Source: Eledone cirrhosa
Lineage: Eukaryota
Reading direction: 5' to 3'
Length of the DNA: 64,000 bases
Assembly (NCBI GenBank): GCA_964016885.1
Contig: OZ024745.1
Span: 73,470,001-73,534,000 of the forward strand
Every line of letters begins with the position of its first letter. The first letter of the stretch is position 1. Shown here in pieces: positions 54,681-64,000 of the stretch. A program made the translations under genes and the position numbers. The notes beneath the pieces were generated by a model. That model was not told the origin of the DNA. It made no database searches and worked only from the letters and a program-made list of their open reading frames with translations.

Positions 54681-55740
54681 CTAGCAGAAAAACCACCCTT
54701 AGGGTGGTTTTCTTCTAACATGTGTAGTGTGTATATTGATATTATGCGCAGGTATATATACATGTGGATATGACACATCAAATAAAATCGTAATTGACAA
54801 TATATAATACATAGAAATTGAACGAAGACTGCGTTACACTGTCTTATTTAATCAGTAACGTAATCCATGATACATTAAAAAAGACGATATTATATATAAA
54901 CTGCATTAGGAGAAAATTAGTGAAAGAAAATTAGTATGTTTATTTAAGCGATGGCCAACCGGAAGTGTTGACATTTCAGAAATTTTAAAGAAGTGAATCT
55001 TTAAATAAACAAAATATATTTAATCAACAGCTACGAAATTTAGTAGATAAATTATGTAATATTCATTCATTATTTATTCAAAGTAAACCAACTTATCTAT
55101 AATATAATAAAGGGAGGAGTGCGGGACAGCGTCCGTTTTATATTTTTTTATCCCGTTAGTAAAATAAGTTGGATTACTTTGAATAAATAATGAATGAATA
55201 TTATGTAATTTATCTACTAAATTTCGTAGTTCTTCATTAAACATAAATATTCTTATATATAAAGTATTGCTTATTTTAACATTCACTTCTTTAAACTTTT
55301 CAAATGTCAATACTTCCGGTTAGCGTCCCTTATATCATAACTAACACCCATCACATCGCTTATATAAATGTTCATATATTCGCATCGTTATATAAGGTTT
55401 ATATTTCCGTCGTTAATTTTCTCCTTTATCATAGCATTTTAGTTTATCCTATATGCAGTTTATATATAATATTGTCTTTTTTTAGTGTATCATGAATTAC
55501 TTTACTGATTACAGAAGAGAGTGTAACACAGACTTCGTTCAATTTCTGTGCGTATTGCCATTGCGATTTTATTTGACGTATTATATCTATATGCATATAT
55601 ATTTGCGTATAATATCAATATGTACACTACACGTGCTAGCAGAAAACCACCGAAGGGTGGTTTTTCTGCTAGTTTTACTAATGGGATAAACAATTATAAA
55701 CCATACGCAGTCCCGCGCTCCTTACTTTATTATAGTTTAG
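54681..55740. mobile_element. Inverted pair of Helitron-like non-autonomous elements
   Basis: Hairpin+CTAG ends at 54681-54716(-) and 55636-55672(+); 54681-55075 is a diverged inverse of 55185-55672. A similar end lies at 59936-59973. Confidence 0.6.
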
Positions 55741-55946
55741 ATATAACTATAATCGCGCAAGCACAAACTTATAAAAATAGACGCTCACGGACATTCACGT
55801 AAATACACATACATTCACACATACTTTCACACAAACATATATACATTCACACATATACATTTACACAAACAAACACATACAGTCATGATAGCGTTCGGTG
55901 AAATGGAAATGGGAGGGTAAAATAAGTATAACGTTTTATTTATTTA

Positions 55947-56456
<510 letters not shown>

Positions 56457-56919
56457 TTAAAATAATAGATTAAAGTTTAAGCAAAGAATCATTTCTTTCA
56501 CCCTTAACGGGATCTTCTGAAACTGAAAACATCAATCTGTGAACGCAGAAGTAAATATTTCGAAAAACGTTGCAACCGAAGGAAAACAGGAAGACGATAC
56601 TTTGATTCGCGAAGACGTTCCCTGGCAATGAACGGATAATAGCGAACATAATGCGTCATCAATGTTCGTCAGAATGTCGTAATGCAGACATACAGGCATA
56701 CAGACATATATTATAAGAACGCTACGGAGATGGATAACCGGCGCCTAACACCCCTTTAACAACAGAAATTTGAAAAATAAAAGCTGCAGTTAATATCTTT
56801 AGACCGCAAGGAATATATAAATGCAAGTTTGAAGTTAATCGGAGTAGAAATGTGGATTTGTATAGACTTTGCAAAAATGAGGACACACACACAGACAACA
56901 ACAGTTTTATATATATAGA

Positions 56920-58987
56920 CTAGCAGAAAACGACCCGGTGGGCGGTTTTCTGCTAGCAAATCTAGTGTATATACTGATATTGTTGAGATTTGGATGAGAA
57001 ATGTTTTCGGCACCACATGTTCACCGTCTCTCGGTGTGTTTTTTATGCATGTATAAATATATATGTTATCTATACGGTGAAATCTTTGAAATAAATATAT
57101 GTTAAAACGAAAAAGGAGAAAATAAATAACTGGCGGTTAGAAAAAATATTCCTATGAAATTTTAATCATACCATTAGGTGTGAATAAGGAAATATTTTTT
57201 TATCGTCAAAACAAATGTTCAAAAGTTAAACTTCAATTTTTTAAATTATTTCCAATTTTTTCATGAAATTGAACATTGGCTGCTGGAAATGGAAATTAAA
57301 TCGTATTTAATTGTATTTAAATTTCTAATCTTATTATCGGTAGAAGGTCGGACGCCATGCTTTCCAGCATAGTTACGTCCCTTTACGATCTGAGTTCAAA
57401 TCCCGCCGAGGTTGACTTTGCCTTTCATCCTTACGGGGTCGATAAAATAAAGTACCAGTAATGCACTGGGTAATTGCTGGCCTTGTGCCTAAAGTAGAAA
57501 CAATTATTTATATTTTTTCAATAAGAAATAAAAAAAAAACAACAAAAGAATTTAAGACAAAAATTGAACAAATCAAACGTAGGTTATGGAACTGCGTAAT
57601 CTGATTAATAAATTACCTCATCAGCAGCAACCTTCTTCAAATGGTCCTTATTATCAGCAGCAACAACCACAAATTCAATGGCAACCTTCTTCGCATGGTG
57701 TCAAGTCAGAATCGCCTCGAACTGGTTACTTCTGGCTTGTGCAAGGTGTCTCTATAGCAACCAGCGATTCCCTCGGCATCAGTGACCAAAGTCAGTGGCG
57801 AGGGGAAGGTAATATTTCTGTAGCACGTGTTTTAGCGTCTATTCACTCCCTCTCTCCCTCCCGCTATCCCCCTCTCGTAGTCTGTCTCTTTCTTTCACTC
57901 TCACTCTCTCTCTACGCACGTGTTTCTACTGTCGGACAGACAGACAGAGAAATTGCTGGTTATATATATAAGTAGACTAGCAGTAAACCACCCGGTGGGC
58001 GGTTTTCTGCTAGCAAATCTAGTGTATATACTGATATTGTTGAGATTTGGATGAGAAATGTTTTCGGCACCACATGTTCCCCGTCTCTCGGTGTGTCTTT
58101 TATGCATGTATAAATATATATGTTATCTATACGGTGAACTCTTTGAAATAAATATATGTTAAAACGAAAAAGGAGAAAATAAATAACTGGCGGTTAGAAA
58201 AAAATATTCCTATGAAATTTTAATCATACCATTAGGTGTGAATAAGGAAATATTTGTTTATTGGCAAAACAAATGTTCAAAAGTTAAACTTCAATTTTTT
58301 TAATTATTTCCAATTTTTTCATGAAATTGGTTGCTGGAAATGGAAATTAAATCGTATTTAATTGTATTTAAATTTCTAACCTTATTTTATTATTTACATT
58401 TTTTCAATAAGAAATAAAAAAAAACAACAAAAAAAAATTGAAGAAAAAAATTGAACAAATCAAACGTAGGTTATGGAACTGCGCAATCTGATTAATAAAT
58501 TACCTCATCAGCAGCAAACTTCTTCAAATGGTCCTTATTATCAGCAGCAACAACCACAAATTCAATGGCAACCTTCTTCAAACCACAAATTCAATGGCAA
58601 CCTTCTTCAAATGGTCTTTATTATCAGCAGCAACAACCACAAATTCAATGGCAACCTTCTTCAAACCACAAATTCAATGGCAACCTTCTTCGTATGGTGT
58701 CAAGTCAGAACCGCCTCGAACTGGTTACTTCTGGCTTGTGCAAGGTGTCTCTATAGCAACCAGCGATTCCCTCGGCCTCAGTGACCAAAGTCAGTGGAGA
58801 GGGGAAGATAATGTTTCTGTAGCACGTGTTTTAGCGTCTATTCACTCTCTCTCTCTCCCTCTCCCCCTCCCGCTATCCCCCTCTCGTAGTCTGTCTCTTT
58901 CTTTCACTCTCACTCTCTCTCTACGCACGTGTTTCCACTGTCGGACAGACAGACAGAGAAATTGCTGGTTATATATATATAAGTAGA
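56920..58987 (-). mobile_element. Head-to-tail Helitron tandem (56920-57976 and 57977-58987)
   Basis: Minus-strand junction CTAG|TCTAC at 57977/57976 and terminal hairpins. SINE 57338-57508 is only in the first unit; a 29-bp-based expansion (58552-58692) is only in the second. Confidence 0.82.
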
Positions 58988-59041
58988 TTTATTAACTTTA
59001 TTTATTTATTAACTCTTTTTTTTATCCTCATTTAATATAAT

Positions 59042-59362
59042 TGTTTCTACTTTAGGCACAAGGCCAGCACATACCCAGTGCATTACTGGTACTTTATTTT
59101 ATCGACCCCGTAAGGATGAAAGGCAAAATCAAAGCTCATTTAATATAATGGTTCCAGAACGAAAACACTAACAAATATAATTGTTTCTACTTTTGGCACA
59201 AGGCCAGCAATTATCCCAGTGTATTACTGGTACTTTATTTTATCGACCCCGTAAGGATGAAAAGCAAAGTTAAACTCGGTGGGATTTGAACTCAGATCGT
59301 AAAGGGACGTAACTCTATGCTGCAAAGCATGGCATCCGACCCTCTACCAATACTGCCAATTC
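59042..59362 (-). mobile_element. Two adjacent tRNA-SINEs
   Basis: First is truncated, with 15-bp TSD ctcatttaatataat (59027-41 / 59135-49); second at 59182-59362 has TSD aatataat. Confidence 0.9.
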
Positions 59363-59587
59363 AATATAATATATACAAAGGAAATGGAAAGGAAAAAAAG
59401 AAAGAGAAAAAATACACACATCTTAGACCACATAGAACAAAATGCAGACGAAATAGTGGAAAAACGAGCCGCTACCAGAGCAAAAGATAGCAATATTGCA
59501 AGGATCACTGGGAAACCTCTCTAATAATTTTTGAGGCAGGCCAGCACATTCGCAGCGTTACCTGGGGTGATGGAGACGCTCATAATA

Positions 59588-59865
59588 TCTCCGAATTGAG
59601 AGATCACAACTCCGATATTATGAGCATGTGGTTAGAATGTCTCAGTAAAGAATCGCTGGACACATTTTACAGGCAAAACCAACCGACAAGAGATCCAGAG
59701 AAACATCCTGAGCAAGATAGTTGGATAACATCCATGAGCTGGTCACGCTTTCGGATCCAGCTGGATCAGTTAGAGATGTTTGCTACTGACAGACTCACTA
59801 GAAGGAGTGTTTCAGAAGGACTCTGCCCCCACGACCCTCTCAGAAATAAGTGGGTGAAGAAGAAG
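59588..59865 (+). mobile_element. RTE-type LINE 3' end
   Basis: Colinear with 29592-29850. Confidence 0.82.
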
Positions 59866-61162
59866 ATATTGTCAATTTACTTTTCAATTTATATATATCT
59901 ATATGCGCATAATACCAATATGCACACTACATATGCTAGCAGAAAACCGCCCTTCGGGCGGTTTTTCTGCTAGTTGTTTTGTAATTTGTATTGTAGTTAA
60001 AGCTTTGTATAGTGTTGGATGGCCGTGAATTGGGAGGTTCGTTAGAATGTCGGAAATAATATTTTGCAGTATTCGTTTCGACTATCTGCTCTCTGATTTC
60101 AAATCTCGCCGAGCTGAACTTTGCCTTTCATCATTTGGAGGTCGATAAAAAAAGTACCAGTCCAGTACTGGGGTCGATTCTTCCTCTATATCTCTTTCCC
60201 ACATCTTTTTCACCAACTATCTTTCTGTGGAAGAAATCTGCTGTATTCAGACCTGCAGAAGAGTGGGCCCCGCCAAGTTTAAAAATTCCCTCCACGACTC
60301 CTTTAGGAGTTATGGGACCATATATATATATAATGTAGGAAGACAAATATGTAAGTTATAGGGTTGTTTCATTAATCTATGGTTCTACTTGATGTTTTCC
60401 TTGGTGATCCACCTACTTATTCATTTTCAATACCACCATAAATATTATTATATTTTTTTATGTACTTTGTGAGAGCCTCCTACATATTTAAACTAGAGTT
60501 TGGGGACTTTATTACTTCGTGGTGCTTAGTAATAGCAAAGCACATCTTTGTAACAGTTAAGCCACTTGTGTTGTTCTCAATTCCCATAATTGTTCGTATG
60601 CTATAATTATTCTTTTAATCATCATTGTTCGTTGTAATCAATTCCCTATCCACACTCTGTTCTACTTTTGTTAGCATACATTAAGTTCGACTTCGTTTTA
60701 TTTCAATTTAGCTTTTAATCAAATTATTTACTTTCTTCAAAGCATCGTTGTTATTTTTTTAATACGTATTTGATGAGATTCAGATAGGATCTACTACTGC
60801 AGGTTTTCTTTGATTTTGGGCGCCTCTTTTTTTTGGTTGTCATTCCGTAGCATTTGCCTCGCCTAACTTTTTTTTTCAATTGTGTTAATTCGTTATTGAG
60901 GACTGATAAATGTTTTCGCCTATTTTCTATCTGCTTTTTGGATGTGTTTTTCATGTTGTTTGCTCGAGGGCTATCTTCCTGACTTATGTTGCTATTATTC
61001 GCATATAGGCTCCATGATCTTATTATTGTATATACTGTTCGCTTTCTTTTTATACATTATGTATTTGTTATGAATATTTAAATGCTGCATTGATATGTCT
61101 GATGTTCTTTTAGTTGTGTGAATGTATATTTAGTTAATGAGTTGGAATCTTATAATGTTATA

Positions 61163-61372
61163 TTGTTTTCTGATTTAGGCACAAGGCCAACAATTTTGGG
61201 GAGGGTAAAGTCGACTAAATCGACCCTAGTGTATTACTGGTACTTTATTTTATCGACCCCGTAAGGATGAAGGGCAAAACTAACCTCACTATGACTTGAA
61301 CTTAGATCGTTAAGGGCCATAATGCCATGATGCATGTTGTCCGACGCTCCACCGATTCTGCCAATCTACCGC
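61163..61372 (-). mobile_element. tRNA-derived SINE, long variant
   Basis: Consensus plus gtcgactaaatcgac block; an older copy lies at about 60030-60180(+). Confidence 0.85.
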
Positions 61373-61825
61373 CCTATGATCTTGTTATATTGTTGGAATT
61401 TAATGTTATATTGTTTTCAGATATAGTAATTGAATGTTGTAGTAGTCTTGTTTGTAGGGTAGGGTGGAGGGGAGGGGAGTGGGGTTGGGTTGGGTAGGAA
61501 AAACTATTAAATGGTTTAGCAAAGGCAAAGGCAAAATGCTTATGGAAATGATAAAGGGAGAAATCGTCACGTTCTATAGGTTACAGAAGGGAGGCAAAGG
61601 CCGGACGTTCGATGAGTACCACATTTGCTAGAAAAAGCAGCCATCACCCACTTATACCACGTGACGATTCTCCCCTCCTCCCGAGAAATATTCACTTTGT
61701 AACGGTCAGGACAGAAAACAGTCCACAAAACGAGATCTCCTGAAGAGTCGACAGCCTCACAGCGCTGGTGCACTTCTCTGGTGTATCATTGCTGCAAACC
61801 AGTCGATGAAGCTGCATTTATAATT

Positions 61826-61868
<43 letters not shown>

Positions 61869-62632
61869 TTAATATATGATGGCATGTTCGATGCACCAAA
61901 CAAGAAATACCTGGTTATATTTATCTTTTTATGCGAAACACGCCAATGTTTTCTGCCATAGGACCAATAACATGAGCAACAGACAAAGTAATAGTGTCAG
62001 TTTTATTGAATAAAACCACTGGATGTGATGCACTAGCACGGCGATTGTCCAATGATTGAAGTCACTAACAGATTTTAAACAGAGAATAAGCATAGTAAAT
62101 GAATTCAAAATACATGTCCAATATATGTATATGTACGCCAGTAGCATTCTGAAAATATTGTACTGGAAGAATGTACAGGAAATGATAGATAGTACTAATA
62201 AAATAAATCTGATGCAATGTTTATTTCCTTATAAATAGTGTAGAATTACCAACTTAAGAGCTGTCATATTGAAGAGTACACTGCTGATGTTTATGTTTCT
62301 GGCGTTTTATGCCCCACAGAGGTTGCAAGTAAGCAATCAATAACATTGAGACCATCTTATAAATTCCTTTAAAACACACAAATATTCCCACATGCAAGAA
62401 CAAACCCACTCTCACGCACACATTGAACCCATAACCACACACATGCACAAAGACACTCATATACACATACACATACACAAACACGTATCTATAAACGCAT
62501 GTATATACACACACGCACGAATAAGTATTATTTGTATATATATACACATATATCTCTATATATACATGTATATATATGTATATATATATGTATATATATA
62601 TGTATGTATATATGTATATACATATTTGTATA

Positions 62633-62673
<41 letters not shown>

Positions 62674-62675
<2 letters not shown>

Positions 62676-62862
62676 CGAAGGAAATGTGGTAAGGAACCAG
62701 GTGGACCATAACGTACCAAAGTACTCAATACTTAGAGTAGTAGAGTGGGTAATAGGAACGAGTAGGACCCCGACGGCTGAGCTCAAGCCGTTTCGACGGC
62801 TAATTCTGTCCAGAATTAGCCGTCGAAACGGCTTGAGCTCAGCCGTCGGGGTCCTACTCGTT

Positions 62863-62866
<4 letters not shown>
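62674..62866. mobile_element. Fold-back of family H1
   Basis: 62674-62808 is the inverse of 1655-1790; 62808-62866 is direct. Confidence 0.92.
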
Positions 62867-62939
<73 letters not shown>

Positions 62940-63350
62940 TCTTTCACGAAGGAAAATAGGTGAGCTCAGTACGTTGCTGATGATAAATATATTCATTTTA
63001 ATAGAGTTTGTATTATGATACTATTTTCCATGACATTAAATTCCGTGTGCATCAGAGAATTCTTCAGATGAACATGATTTTATTGAAAGTGTTCTTTTGA
63101 ATACTCGTTATATTTGAGTAGTCTTATCCGTAGAAGCATATTATCAATTCCTCCATTGTAGAAAGGAATATGTCATGTAAAAGTATAAACTAGAGGATCC
63201 CATGGGAATTCCATGTTTTATGAATTTCCATGCATAAATGTATATATTTCGATAACAGTGTTTCATTATTTGAAAGATCTGGATTTAGTTCTATAGTTAT
63301 GATTCTTTAAAGCGTAACACGTTAAACACCAGGATGCCATTACACACAGA
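62940..63350 (-). pseudogene. Decayed PLE-type RT fragment
   Basis: Minus strand KHGIPMGSS (motif B'); remainder broken by indels. Confidence 0.45.
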
Positions 63351-63389
63351 AAACTATTACAGATTATATTATTAGATACATTCGTGGAA

Positions 63390-63575
63390 GGGCGGTGGAA
63401 TGGCAGTATCGGTAGAGGGTCGGACGCCATGCTTTACAGCATAGTTACGTCCCTTTACGATCTGAGTTCAAATCCCGCCGAAGTTGACTTTGCCTTTCAT
63501 CCTTACGGGGTCGATAAAATAAAGTACCAGTAATGCACTGGGTAATTGCTGGCCTTGTGTCTAAAGTAGAAACAA
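63390..63575 (+). mobile_element. Full-length tRNA-derived SINE with TSD of about 19 bp
   Basis: A-box tggcagtatcgg, B-box gagttcaaatcc; attattagata(c/a)attcgtg on both sides. Confidence 0.93.
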
Positions 63576-63685
63576 TTATTAGATAAATTCGTGTGCTTAC
63601 AAACTAGGTGAAAAAGGACTCAGTACAAAAACAAGTACTCGTTTCACATTCTTCTCCTCACCAGGCATATACACACACACACTAA

Positions 63686-63836
63686 TGTATGTATGTATGT
63701 ATGTATGTATGTATGTATGTATGTATGTATGTATGTATGTATGTATGTATGTATGTATGTATGTATGTATGTATGTATGTATGTATGTATGTATGTATGT
63801 ATGTATGTATGTATGTATGTATGTATGTATGTATGT
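63686..63836. repeat. (TATG)n microsatellite, representative of dozens of TA/CA/GA/GAA arrays
   Basis: Read directly. Confidence 0.97.
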
Positions 63837-63879
63837 ACTTATATATGTATATATATGTACACATATATATATTTGTGTG

Positions 63880-63924
<45 letters not shown>

Positions 63925-64000
63925 TTATATATATGTATATACATATATACATATATACATACATATATAGTCTAACAAAGTTCTTTCGTTGCACATCTGC

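Noticed and set aside
57586-58986. Gln-rich ORFs (YYQQQQPQIQWQPSS)
   Set aside because: Lie inside non-autonomous Helitron units; the frame is not conserved between the two copies and follows a minisatellite.
60740-61800. Possible old LINE fragments (also 27900-28400 and 14297-14494)
   Set aside because: Only faint peptide resemblance; cannot assign without a profile search.
63064-63100. cagatga...gaaa...tt HHR-like word order
   Set aside because: Stems I and II do not pair; lies antisense within a decayed RT fragment.

Overview
Very AT-rich, repeat-dominated metazoan DNA. The tRNA-SINE family and microsatellite load resemble an octopus/coleoid cephalopod (inference). No intact host protein gene is recognisable; most listed ORFs are read-throughs of (TA)n, (CA)n, (GA)n or (GAA)n. 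Real coding remnants are transposon-derived: three Nematis-like and one Neptune-like Penelope-like retroelements (PLEs; RT plus C-terminal GIY-YIG), RTE-type LINE 3' ends, Tc1/mariner and hAT fragments. Non-autonomous Helitrons and about 20 tRNA-SINE copies are also present. The main hidden signal is that most short 'unique' islands between (TA)n arrays are fold-back or partially tandem inserts. About a dozen sequence-unrelated families of them carry type I hammerhead ribozyme (HHR) folds. These include a 472-bp retrozyme-like monomer, HHRs with 55-100 nt stem II insertions, and a multi-copy CAGAAGA core variant. Together this looks like a (TA)n-targeted PLE/ribozyme ecosystem. All folds were paired by eye and need covariance-model and biochemical confirmation.
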